NCBI GenBank assembly: GCA_964016885.1
Contig: CAXHJY010001301.1
Coordinates: 45,608 to 109,607 of the forward strand
Reading direction: 5' to 3'
From: Eledone cirrhosa
Lineage: Eukaryota
Length of the DNA stretch: 64,000 bases
Part shown: positions 12,969-25,601 of the stretch, in pieces
Position numbering within the stretch: the stretch's first letter is position 1
Layout: each line of letters begins with the position of its first letter
The notes under the pieces: model-generated
Seen by the model: only the letters and a program-made list of their open reading frames with translations
Databases searched by the model: none
What the model was told of the DNA's origin: nothing
Program-made: the position numbers and the translations under genes

Positions 12969-13817
12969 CTAGCATTAAAGCCCGGCGTTGCTCGGGGTCA
13001 TTAAGTTACCAAAGCTAGGTTGCACCACCCATTTTATGGCAGCACTTTTTTGTCTGCCAGGCACTGGGTGAATGAATTGCAGACCTGGAAGCAGGAGCTG
13101 CGCCAGCAGTGACAATTGTAGTTTCGCCTATGGATATTATCTCTGTGCAAAAAAGTGTTGAAATTTATTGTTTCACAGTACTTGCGCAACACGCGCGTAG
13201 ACGATGCCAGCCGAACAACAGAGCTGTGGTGGAGTTGTTCTGCATGGTTGTCTGTGTGTTTTCTAAATTTAAGACAGTAGGGAGTGGTGTGATATGGGGG
13301 AGAGTTAGCTGCTGTTTCTAGCAGGTTTAGTGACCTCATAGAAGATATGTTTTCTAAATTTAAGACAGTAGGGAGGGGTGTGATATGGGGGAGAGTTAGC
13401 TGCTGTTTCTAGCAGGTTTAGTAACCTCATAGAGGATATGTGTTTTCTAAATTTAAGACAGTAGGGAGTGGTGTGATATGGGGGAGAGTTAGCTGCTGTA
13501 GGAAAGCAGATGATATGAGAGAGTAAAACGGACAGTATCACCATCAAGCTTGGAAAGAGAAAATAGCAGAAAGTATGAAGTTGTATAGATTTTGAATGGT
13601 AGTGGAAAGAGTTTAGCAGTTTAAATGACAGAGAAAAATCGTAAAATATTGAGTTTTATCTATTTTTTGCGTAATTGTGGGTGAAATTGAAAAAATTATC
13701 TGTGCCAAGGCGCAATCGAAGCTATTTCGAATACTGAATTGTAAATTTCAATTGAAGAAATTCTATATCGTAGATTTCTATAAAAAAGGAGCATGACCAC
13801 ACACTGAGCTTTATAGA
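12969..13817 (-). mobile_element. Non-autonomous Helitron with internal ~92-bp tandem repeat
   Basis: Minus strand starts A|TC-TATAAAGCTCAG and ends with hairpin cccgagcaacgccggg followed by CTAG|T; no TSD. Three ~92-bp units at 13257-13500. Confidence 0.85.
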
Positions 13818-14039
13818 TTATGATATATATATAATATATATAATCACTAGGAACAGCAAGTTGACCAATATATGACTGTGGACAGAGCTGACTAAAATAT
13901 TTGTGGCTGAAGCTGATAACAAATATTTTCTTGATTTATTTTGGAAATGTTTTATCAATTAAATGTTGTTTTTGTAATCTGACTTCAATAGTAACAGGCG
14001 TTTTATTTATTTATTCTCATACACACTATATATATATAT

Positions 14040-14408
14040 ATTTTGAGTATATGTTGGTTGTATACCAATACCTCAGTATGCAGATTGGAGCACTCGACGA
14101 AGTGCGCAGGTTGGTTTGGTTACTCCGGAGTAATGTAAAATAAATAAGTCAAATGTTTAAAATTTGGCTTCATTTATTACTGCTATATATATTTCGGTGA
14201 CAGCCATCTTTGGCTGTGACCTCTTAAGGCAGTCCGAGTTAGTGTGGTAGAGACGAGTACACATGTTGTTGAGGTGTTTAACTTTGTCAATACTCTGATA
14301 TGCCCAGTTCCTGGTTGGGTTGTTATTTCACTGAGATGGCTGTCACCGAAATATATATAGCAGTAATAAACGAAGCCAAATTTTAAACATTTGATTTATT
14401 TATTTTAT
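14040..14408 (-). mobile_element. Penelope-like element pLTR remnant with inverted terminal copy
   Basis: Arms 14136-14209 and 14333-14408 are reverse complements; a hammerhead-like fold lies at 14179-14233 followed by AATAAA; flanked by (TA)n. Confidence 0.7.
14179..14233 (-). ncRNA. Minimal type I hammerhead ribozyme (core mutated, probably inactive)
   Basis: actgc-CTTAAGA-ggtcacagcca/aaga/tggctgtcacc-GAAA-tatata-T-A-gcagt. Stem I actgc:gcagt, 11-bp stem II with one mismatch, palindromic stem III. Core reads CUUAAGA instead of CUGAnGA. Confidence 0.65.
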
Positions 14409-14415
14409 ATATATA

Positions 14416-14860
14416 TCATCATCATCGTTTAACGTCTATCTTCCACGCTAGCATGGGTTAGACAGGAGTTGTCCCACTTGAGGCAAAATCGGTGAGGTGA
14501 CCGTGTCTCGCTCGTATAGGACTATCTGGCAGGTTTTCTACGGCTGGATGCCCTTCCTAACACCAACCACATTTACAGTGTGGACTGGGAGCTTTTTACA
14601 GTGTTACCTACACGGCCACATTACAGCGTGGACTGTGTTTTTTTGTCGTGACACCTACACAACCTCATAAGTTTGGATTGGATGTTGTGGTACCAACAAA
14701 ACTTTACAGAGAAAGGGTGGTGTTGGTGGGAGGATGGAGTAGGGGTAAGTGTTGGGGTGTATATTTGGTTAAGAGGTGCCTACTGACTGTAGGTTTCGCT
14801 TTGTACATAGGCAAGGTGGGTCTTCTGTATTACTGCGTGGCGCCAAAGATCTCGGTCCAT
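14416..14860 (-). mobile_element. RTE LINE 3' end fragment with (GAT)n tail
   Basis: Encodes DRDLWRHAVIQKT, as in the adjacent RTE C-terminus; 3' UTR ends ...ggaagatagacgttaaacgatgatgatgat. Confidence 0.8.
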
Positions 14861-14886
14861 TATATATATATATATATATATATATA

Positions 14887-16680
14887 TCATCATCATCATC
14901 ATCATCACCGTTTTACGTCCGTTCTTCCATGCTAGCAGTGTCTGGTCGGCTGACCATGCCTTGCTCATACAGGAACTGATTTGGCTTGATTTCTACAGCT
15001 GGATGCCCTTTCTAACACCAACCTCATTTACAGTGAGTGCTGGGTGCTTTTTCGTGGTGCCTACACGTCCACTTTGCAGTGTGGGCTGGGTGCCTTTTTG
15101 TCATGGCACCTCCACGACCACCTTGCGGTGGGAGGGTGTGGGGGCATATTGTCTATATGCTTCAGCTTGTACCCATGGGAGGTCGGGTACTCTGTATTAC
15201 TGCGTGACGCCAGAGGTCACGGTCGTGTGTCATTGCCTTTGAGAGGTGTAATTGGGTAAGGTTGGCTTTTATCACCTCATCCCAGGTCATCTTGGGTCTC
15301 CCCACTCCGCGGTTTCCATCGACTTCTAGTGCTCTGCACCTTTTTATGCAGCTGTCATCCTTCATACGCATCACATGTCCATACCAGCGCAACCGCCTCT
15401 CCTGCACACAGCATTTGATTCCTCTTATGCTCAGTCTCTCTCTCAATTCATTTATGCTTTGTCATTCACGTATATTACTGTTACACATCCATCGGAGCAT
15501 GCAGGCTTCGTTTCTCTCTAATCTACGTAAGTCTTCCACCTTCAGCGCCCAGGTCTCACTACCATGCAACATCGCTGTTCAGATACACGCATCATACAGT
15601 CTGCCTTTCATTCTGAGGGAGAAGCCTTTTGCAGCTAGCAGTGGTAGTAGTTCCCTAAACTTCTTCCATCCCGTTCTTACCCTAGTTATTGTACTTTCTG
15701 AACACCCACCTCCGCTGCTAATTCGGTCACCTAGGTAGCAGAAGCTGTCTACTGTTTCTACAGAGCCCTCCCAGAGATTGGTGGTACTTGTTTCCTGTGG
15801 CTGATTCCTGTGGCTGTTTGCTGCTTGCTGTCCCAGCACAGCTGCTGCATGTGAAGCCTACATTCTTAATTAAGCTTCTTGAGATCTCGCTACATCTCTT
15901 GTGTACCCATTGTTTGCATTTGGGGCAGAGAATGGAGTTCCTACCTACACCTTTCCTACATACTGAGCAAGGCCATTTCCCTGAGGGGATCTGGGTTCTG
16001 TTTTCTCGTCTACTTACAAGGACCTTAGTCTTTGTCACGTTGACTTTGAGACCCTTTCTTTCTAGTCCCTGCTTCCAAGTTTGGAATTTCTTCTCTAGTT
16101 CTACCATAGATTCAGCTATGAGTGCGAGGTCATCAGCGTACAGGACTTCACATGGGCATCCGGTCTTAAACTCTTCTGTTATTGCCTGCAGGACTATGAT
16201 GAACAGGAGAGGGCTAAGAACAGAGCCCTGGTGGACCCCAACCTGTACGCTAAATTCCTCGCTATACTCATTGCTAATCCTAACTTTGCTGACTGCTCCC
16301 CTATACATGGCTTGTACCACTTTCACAAGCCATTCATCTACTCCTAGTTTTCTAAGAGCCCAGCAGATTACAGCACGTGGAACTCTGTCAAAGGCTTTCT
16401 CAAGGTCGACAAATGCCAAGTAGAGTGGCTTACTTTTAGCTAGGTACTGTTCCTGTAACTGCCTCACAAGGAAGAGGGCATCAGTGGTGCCTCTTCCTGG
16501 TACAAACCCAAATTGCATCTCGTCTATTTTCACCCAGTCCCTAATCAACTGTGCTATAACTCTTTCCGTTACTTTCATGACCTGATCCATCAGCTTTATA
16601 CCTCTATAGTTTCCTCTATCTAGTGCATCGCCTTTACCTTTGTAACAGTTGACAATGATGCTACTGCACCAATCTTTTGG
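14887..16680 (-). mobile_element. RTE-clade LINE, 5'-truncated, RT pseudogene with embedded PHD-type zinc finger
   Basis: Motifs in order: KDWCSSIIVNCYKGKGD...NYRGIKL; QFGFVPGRGTTDA; FVDLEKAFDRVPR; GVHQGSVLSPLLF; LYADD; FCYLG; RRLRWYGHVMR; GRPKMTW. Frameshift near 15790, stop at 15579-15581, (GAT)n tail at ~14887-14907. Confidence 0.93.
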
Positions 16681-17387
16681 TAAAAATGTGTGTGTGTGTA
16701 TTCAGGGTAGATGTTTGGTAGTTCATATCCATGTATATGTGTGTGTGTATAGATATATATATATATATATTCAGGATAGTGAAAGCTTAGTTCATAAGTA
16801 GGTATAGATGTGAAGTTGTGTGATGATATCTGTATTTTCTGGCTAGTTGGCTGAACAGTGAATCAGGTTGCGAGAAGGATGGGGATTTAGTTTCCTGAAG
16901 AAGACTAAATTGAATTTATCTGTTTAGTGGAAATATTATTCACCTAAATTACAACATGCATACATTTTAACATCCTGCAATAATTTAGGAGAAAATATAA
17001 AAAAGATGGGCTAGTTAGTTCAAATTCTTTACTACTTGGCAAATCATTGTAAAATTTACAGCAAACTAAATTAAACCTTTTAATGAGAGGCAGCAGTGTA
17101 TTTCATTAGAACTATTCTTATGAAATACACTGCTGCCTATGATAATCAGTGTGTATTTCATAAGAATAGTTATAATGAAATACACTGCTGCCTATGGTAG
17201 AACTATTCTAATGTGGTGGTAAGAAACTCTCAGGAGAGCTGCAGAGAAGAAATCATCCCTCATGTACGTGCTACCTTAATGAAATACACTGCTGCCAATG
17301 ATTTTCAAATAATTCATCAAAATAATGAATTTGGAAGGATTTAGTGATATGAAGTAAATAACTTTCTCATTATTAACCTTGTGCTGT

Positions 17388-17592
17388 AAGGTGGTGGATT
17401 GGCAGTATTAGTAGAGCATCGGACATAATTTGTAGTATTGTTACATCCCTTTAATTCCTCCGGAGGCTAGCTTTGCCTTTCATCCTTACGGTGATTGATA
17501 AATTAAAGTATCAGTAACATAACGGGTCAATTTAATCGACTTTGTCCTCCCTCAAAAGTGTTGGCCATGTGCCTAAATCAAAAATAATTATT
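17388..17592 (+). mobile_element. Meta/MESC-like SINE inserted in a family-1 MITE
   Basis: Core ctttgcctttcatccttacggtgattgataaattaaagtatcag; flanked by ttattaacct direct repeats within a minus-strand MITE (~17270-17805). Confidence 0.7.
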
Positions 17593-18489
17593 AACCTGGT
17601 GCTTGACTTATGATATAACAAATGTCCTTATATATTTGGTAACATTTTTTTTCACTAATAAGCTTATGTTTGGAATATTACTTAATAAAAAGTTCTTACA
17701 TAAATTATGATGGAAGGTTTTGATATAGGCATGAACACATTAAAATGAGCAGCTCTGTATCAGAACCAGGAGCAGTTTCAAGTACATTGGGACCAAAAGC
17801 ATTAATGTAGAAGCGTTTTTGTTGTTTAGCCACAGCTGAGATTGAGCAAAGTCGTTCCAGAGGTGTCTGAGTTGTGGGTTCAAATGTAGAAGTTGGTTAA
17901 GTCTACAAGGTGGACACTGATATATCTACATCATCATCACCCCACCATCATCACCTCCACCGTGATTGTCATCACCACCACCACACCATGATCCGTCATT
18001 GTCACCACCACCGTGATTGTCATTGCCATCATCACTATCACCACCACTACCATGATCGTCATTGTCATGTCTGCTTCTCCATGTTAGCATGGGCTGGATG
18101 ATTTTTCTCCAAAATAGCTTCGCTTCTTGCTACTAGCTGCTTTCTTTTATTATCTCCTTTGTGAGGTTCAGTATTTTGAGATGATCTCTCATTGTTTCTG
18201 TCCATTGCTTCCTTGCTTTCTTTTGTCGTCTCCTTTGTCTGGTTTAGTATCTTAACATGACCTCTCATTGCTTTTATCTATGGCATCTTTGGTCTTCTGC
18301 TTTTACAGCTTCCTTCTACGTGGAACTCCTGGCACTTCTTTACCCAACTCTCACTATCCATACACATTAATTGTTTATACCAGCACAGATTTATCTCTTG
18401 AACATAACACCTGACTCCTTGTATATCCAGTTATTCTCCCTACTCATCTGTGCATAATTGTTGTTGCACACTGTTAAACATCCAGCATG

Positions 18490-18700
18490 TATTTTAACAG
18501 TGATCAACTGTTTTATATTTAACAGTAATAAAATACTTTACTATTTTTTATAGTGGTAAACTGTTCTACTATATTTAAGTGGTAAAGCAGTTTTTCTATA
18601 TTCAACAGTGGTAAACTATTTTATTATATTTCATAGTGGCAAGCTGTTTAACTATATTTAAGTGATAAACTATTTTACTATATTTTGAGTGCTTAAAGAT
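18490..18700. repeat. ~28-bp minisatellite (agtggtaaactgttttactatattt)
   Basis: About seven degenerate tandem units. Confidence 0.8.
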
Positions 18701-20989
18701 TATATTTTTTATATCTCAAGATATTTGGTATTGTCTTGTTACAGTTCACACTTATGTAGGCTTAGCTAGTCTCCTCAGAGGTTTTTTTGGGGGGATTTAA
18801 TGATAAGAGTCCAAGTCCTATTATGAAAAAATTCCATACCCCTGAACAGGATGGCTGTCTGTTGCATGGGTTAACTCCACAGCTTTTGCTGATATTCATT
18901 TTTTCCCACAGCTGAGTGGACTAGAGCAATGTGAAAGTAGCATCTTGCTTTTAACAAGGATACAATGGCCCAGGAATTGTCCAGGAATTGAACCCACAAC
19001 ATTATGATTGTGACTTTTATGCTCTAACAACTAGGCTCCACTCATTCACTTGATAGATGTATAAAATATTAAATTAATACAATCTCTAATTTCCATACAC
19101 AGAAAATACATTTTCATTTCACTCATATACAGTGTGTATCCAGTTTAGAATTGGTACATTATCTTCTTGATTATTGTAAGAGGTGACTAAAAGGGTTGAT
19201 ACCAGGGAGGATGTCCAGCTGTAAAGCATTGTCTGAAAAAGGACCCTCATGCTTGAAAGGAAAATGACCTTAAATCTCTTGTTATTGTGTTGTTGTTCTT
19301 ATATATGTTTGCTTAATATGAATGTTAAGTGCCACTGCTTAGCATTTTGATTGCTTTGAATTTCACAGACTCTACTCTTAAAATATAAAATATTAAACTT
19401 GTGCTTGTATGTGCATGCATGCATGTGTGTGTATGCTTGCATGTATACACACTCTGAATTCCTGTTTTTTTCCTCTCTTAAAAAATACAAAAACAAACAA
19501 TTGTACTACAGTTTATTTTTTTTATAGTCATTGTTGATAAAAATGAATGTTTGTTGATGAAACAGGAGATATTTTATGTTAATCTCTTTTTCCTCTTTCT
19601 CACACAGACTTATACACAATAAACAGAAACAAATGAAACAAAATAGGTTTTACCCCCATATAAAATAAAAAGATGCAAAGCTGTTAGTGATCCCAAGTAG
19701 CAACCAAGGTTTTTAAATCTTAGTTGGTACTAAAAATGCTTAAGACAAAGCTTGAGGTATGTTGATTTGATTTCTTTTTTTTTTTAAAATATATATATAT
19801 ATCTATTCTTATAGCTCACTTTATTACTGTGTGTGTATATGGTTCGCAATAGGTTCAATGTATCCCTGCGTGTTGTAAGAGGCGACTCAATGGGTTGGTG
19901 CCATGAATGGCATTTGATTGTAAAACATCACTTCAAAAAAAGACTATAATGTGCATGATTAACCTTGTGATGGGGCCCACAGAGCTAACCCATACTTTAG
20001 AAGGGAACAGGGCCTTAAAATGTTGTTTTGAAGTGTGGTAACTGACATTGACTATCTACTTATCAAACAATATTGAATTTCCACATATCAAAATCCTCTT
20101 TCTGTTTGTTCCAGTGAGAATATGATCACTGAATCATGTTTGACAAGCATGCATACATGCACATGTTCACATGTGCACACACATACACACACCCACATGC
20201 ACATGCTTACCTGCATGCACATGAACACAAATATTCACTGTTCTCGTATTTGAAGTGGCTTACGTGTTTAGCCACCCCAAAATTGTATTGCATGTCCAAA
20301 TGTGGAAACCTACTAAAATATACCTTGTCAGAGAGGGTCATCTTTTAGGTTATAACTCTCACTTTTAACATCTTAACAGTTGTAAACAGTTGCTAACAAT
20401 CACTCTGAGTCTTTGACCCTATTTAACAATGGTTTCCATACTCAGATCTATTAGAACCCTGCTCTCCTGTCTTGAATTATGGGTCCATCAACCTCAAAAA
20501 CAGCAAAATTTAGTGCTGTTGTACTTGACCAAGGAATGGGTATGGTGTAGAAAAATTGTTTAACTGGATTAGAAGGAATTATCCAGAAAGTCTTTGATAC
20601 AAAATAAGAACAATTATAGAAGGACCTATACTTTTGATAACCAACCTGCCTGAAACTGCCCTTGGTTTTATAATACAAAACTGCTTCTAAAGTGTTCATA
20701 CTTATATAAAAACATTTCATCATTATTCTTTGTAAAATAACAAAGCAGTTAGTTTAGTAAATTCCTCCAAATTCTTGATTATTTGGGGCATTAAATGAAA
20801 CATAAGCAGTGTTTTTCATTAGAAATATGGTAACAAAATGGTTTATAGGAGTAAGGAAAAAATTTCTTTTCATCCTAGACCAGAGGTCTAAAACATGCAA
20901 TCTGCAAACTACTTTTCCAAACAATATTCTTGACTAATATTTTTCTAAAACTTTGTAATTCTCTGTTTTAATCATATTATAATTTACCT

Positions 20990-21172
20990 TGGCAGAATCG
21001 GTAGAGAGTCGGACACCATGCTTTGCAGCAATGAGTTACGGCCCTTTATGGTCTGAGTTCAAATCCTGCCGAGGTTAACTTTGCCTTTCATCCTTACGGG
21101 GTCGATGAAATAAAGTACCAGTAATGCACTGGGATAATTCCTGGCCTTGTGCCAAAAGTAGAAACAATTATA
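20990..21172 (+). mobile_element. Meta/MESC-like SINE copy
   Basis: Near-identical to 4316-4510 and 48495-48685. Confidence 0.8.
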
Positions 21173-22349
21173 ATTTACCCATGAAATACAATAAAATAGA
21201 AAAACTGGAATTTATCAAAAGTGAAAACAGAAAAAAGAGAATTTACCAAAAATAAAAACAGAATTAAGGATAATTTGTTCCCCTACATTTTAAACTATTA
21301 TATATATATTCTCTTAAGGGCTTAATGGCCCTTTTGAGACCCCTGTCCTAGACCATGGGTTGAGATCTGATAGGAAGGTTTTCATCGTCGACCAAAGGTA
21401 ATATGATAGGGAAGTGTACTTAAACTGGTCACAACATCAATGCTGTGTAACAGTAATAATAAGTTTCTAATTTTGGCACAAGGCCAGCAATTTACTGGGG
21501 TGGTGGTGGGGTGAGGTTGGTCAATTACATTGAATCAGTGTTAGACTGATGTTTTATTCTATTGACCCAGGAAGGATTTGAACTCAGAATGTAAAGACTT
21601 GGAACAAATATCACATTGTTTTGTGTGATACTCTACCAGTTGTTGCTATAATAACAGCAATAATATTGATTTTGAATTTAAGCACAAGATCAGCAAATTT
21701 GGGGGTAAGCACAAAGTTGATTAAATCAACCTCAGCACTTGACTGATACTTTATTTTATCGACCTTGGAAGAATGAAAGACAAAGTTGATCCCGGTGGGA
21801 TTTGAACTCAGAATGTAAAGAGCCAGAATAAATACTGAAATGACATTTTATTTGACTCTCTACCATTTCTGCCCATAACAAATATCAATAACAACAACAA
21901 CAATATACTCCAGTCAAATTACTGGTTCTAAAATCTAGTTTGATGTCGAAATTTTTGTTTCGAATGAATACGATCAAGGAAATGAGTGGTAATATAATAT
22001 GTTGTTGTTATGACTGACATCCGTCTGTCTATGAGAGACGATGGTGTAGCACCCAGAGATGTATTCATCTGATGTTATATAAGACTAATAACAGCCATGG
22101 GACCAATTGACCTTATCCAGATCAATAATGTAGAATTATTTCATTTCATACAACGTTTCATTTAACTTTTTATCTTATTGAATCACTTTAGTTGGTCTGA
22201 TCAATCATATTTTATTGACAAAAGCAAAAATATTAAATCTTTTAGCGCAACAACAAAGAAATACAACAAAAACTGAGATTAATTGTAGTGGCTGTAGTAA
22301 GGATACTTGACTTTCAGCTTAATAAATCAGTGATCTCTGAGAGTTCTAA

Positions 22350-22640
22350 ATCCATCATTATCATTTGACCGCAGTAGCAGATGGCCACACCCTTCTCCCT
22401 CCATAATCAGTTGTGGTTCAATGGTCAAGTGGTCAGCTCTGGCCATCATTCCACTTCAGTAGCAGATGGCCAAAATCTTTCTCTTGCCATTACAGCTTTC
22501 ATGACCAGTTGTGATTCAGTGGTCAGGTGATTAACTCTGGCCGTTATTCCACTACAGTAGCAGATGACCACAAACCTCCAACATTTTGCAGTTTTCATAG
22601 TCAGTTGTGGTCTTTGATTAGTTCTAGCTATCAGTGGGAT
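22350..22640. repeat. Degenerate ~90-bp tandem repeat (3 units)
   Basis: cagtagcagatggcca...cagttgtggttcaatggtca recurs three times. Confidence 0.7.
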
Positions 22641-22681
22641 TTTAATTCTAGCCCGGCATCCATGTGAATTCTATATCCCAG

Positions 22682-22718
<37 letters not shown>

Positions 22719-23406
22719 CCTGCATGTGGTAGTAGTAGTAGTGAAAATAAAATGCGTTATACAAAATATAGCAGTATACTCAACAGTTTGTGCTGATACT
22801 ATTCATCATGATCCACCCATTGCAGATTTTATAATTATCTTTGGCCTCTGGTTATTATTGAATGATTAGCCTTAGTAAGATCTCTTAATCCCTAAATGGA
22901 ATTTGAACTCAGAATGCAAAATACTGAAGCAGATATTGTAGACACTGAATAGCATCTTGTCTGATGTAACTTTGCCAATTTGTGGAATTCTATAGACAGT
23001 TGAATTTATTTTGTTTCAGTTTGTATTGAGCCACTGAACAACAGTAATTCCTGTGTTAATATCATTGTGAACATTAACAGCTAAGTAAAGCTAGCTGAAT
23101 ATTTTCTTTTGAATAATAATGCTGACACCATGTCTAGTATTGAATTCTTAAACCGATATTCAGTTGTTAAATCAACAGCGAATTCTTAAAGGAAAGACAA
23201 TTCAGTATAGATTTTATTGAAGTGTCTGTCTATTTAATTCTCTCTCCTTCTGAAGAAAGAATTAGATGGAAAATCTTGTAGAATATTTAGTCTGATGCCC
23301 TACAAGCAGGGTGGGGGATAGAATTAAATTTATAGTTCGCACCTATGTAGGTTAAGCTAGCTTCCTATGTAGTTGCATTGTATAAGAAGTTTCTTGGGTG
23401 TTTTAA

Positions 23407-23624
23407 CCATTTAGCATTTACATTACTCTGTTTACTATTATATTTTCGTGATAAACACATTATCTCACATAATTATCTCACACATTATCGAATCTATAAG
23501 ATTTTGTTATTATTTATTCTGAGAACAATACCTTAACAACAGTGCGCGCAGCTGGTTACAGCTGGTTTGAACAGAAAAAGGTGAGAGAATTCTGGCCGGA
23601 TATGGCCGTTTAAATGCTAAAAGG
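23407..23624 (-). mobile_element. piggyBac-type MITE family 2
   Basis: TTAA at 23403-23406 and 23625-23628; TIR cc(a/c)tttagcattta; homologous to 30405-30723 and to the split copy at 47989-51643. Confidence 0.8.
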
Positions 23625-24764
23625 TTAAAGAGACTTTCCCCAGTCCTCTCATGAAATGCAAATTAAAATGAAGTGTCTTGCTCAAGAACTCAATACCCTT
23701 TTTATCATAAGGCCAATATGGAGTTGAATACCGTAACCACCAGGCTGTGCGTTTTCACTGCCTAGAAACAAGTATTTAAATACAATATTTATATTGTAAT
23801 AGATAGATGTTTCCTCATGTTCCCAGTTGGAAGATAGCAAAGGAGATGTACTGAAACAACCAACTTTTCAGTTGTGTTAAAGACACAACAACATCTAGAT
23901 GCCCTCTGTAGCGTGTGAGAACATGTGAAAACATGATGTGGCTTTCCCAACCCATCTGAACAGTTCTAGCTTGGTCTGTGGTAATCTGTCCAATCCTTGC
24001 TAGCTGAGAAAATGGATGTTAGTTGATGATGAAATGGTTATGAATGAACATCTAGTTGTGTCAAAGACATGACAACCTCCCCAGTGTTGGTGTCATGATA
24101 GTGCACTAGATGCACTCTGTAGAGTGCATTTGTAAAAATGTGGCCTCCCCAGTCATTTGGGTGGTTAGTAGCTCTGATTAAGTTCTGGCTTGGTTTGTGA
24201 CAATTTGTCCAACTCTTGCTAGCTGAGAAAATAAATGTTAAATGATGGTAGATAAAGTGCCAAGGTGTTTTAACGTCCCCTTTCATAATTTTCACCCAAT
24301 ACACTCTTTAAAGTGGTTGGTAATAGGAAAGGCATCCAGCTATAGAAACCATGCTAAAACCAGAGCATATGTAAGACATGATCCTTGGCCATTTTAGGAG
24401 GTGAGTAGCTCTTACTTGGTTTATAATAATATGTCCAACACATACCAACATAGGGACACAGATGTAAAATTAGTGTTATGTACCTTGAACAATCAGACAA
24501 CACTGAGTAGTAAGTGACCTTCAGTCACACAACATTCAAGGCAAAATCTGTAGTGTTGGCTGCATGATAAAATAGACTCAGTGCACTCTATAAAGTGGTT
24601 GGTATTAGGAATGGCATCCAACTATATAAACCATGCCCCCAAATAGAACATATGAACCAGATGTTTTCCAACCCATCCAGTCTCAAACTGGTGGCCTGTC
24701 CAGCCCATGTCAACATGGAAAATATGGATGTATTATAATTTTATACACATACACATAGTATAAA

Positions 24765-25601
24765 CTAGCAGTGGTACCTGGCGTTGCACGGGATAAGGTA
24801 TTTTGGAACGCGGGCCGCCAATAGACCTAAAAACTGCATGCCTGGACAATATGTAAAGAAAATAAACCGAATACTCTGATGGCTGGATAATCTTAAAAAT
24901 TTTCTTCGATGAAGCAGGAAAAATGCAGGCCCTAGGGGATCAAGAAAATGAATTTTTTTTTATGTGCATAATAAGCCTTGAAATTTCTGGAAAATCGGCT
25001 AGACGTATAACGCCTCCAAAAAGCCCTAAGAAGCTGAAAAAATGAAGTTTTTCACCTAATGTGGGCCCTAGGCCATAAGAAAGTTGGATTTTCTTTGCTT
25101 ATGGTATGAAGAAGAGACTGACTAATACATAGTTATAATTTCAAGGAAATCGGTCTGAGGTAACGCCTCAAAAAACCCCTAAAAATGTTAAACAACGCAT
25201 AACACTCTCTGAAACATAAGTAATACACATGTAAAGTTTGAAAAAAATCGGTTGGGTACTTCTCGAGTTTTCGGGATTCAAACTCACACACACACACACA
25301 CACATCCTCAGGGAAATGACGTAATGCAGGCAGCCAGACATACAGACAGATATTATAAGGGCGCGACGTTATATGCATGTATCTATCTAAAAGGAGAAAG
25401 ACTAAGAATTATAGAGCGAAATCGCCTAATGCGATCCCTGGGGCATAGAAAATTTTAAATTTATTTTGCTCAGAACACTCCCTGAAACATAAGTATTACA
25501 TGTGTAAAGTTTGAAAACAGTCGGTTGGGTGGTTCTCGAATTTTAGGGATTCAAACTCACACACACACACAGACAGACATCCTCAGTTTTATATATATAG
25601 A
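24765..25601 (-). mobile_element. Non-autonomous Helitron, type B
   Basis: Minus-strand 5' TCTATATATATAAAACTGAGG; 3' hairpin cccgtgcaacgccagg then CTAG|T; homologous to 49254-50100 and 50173-51070. Confidence 0.88.
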
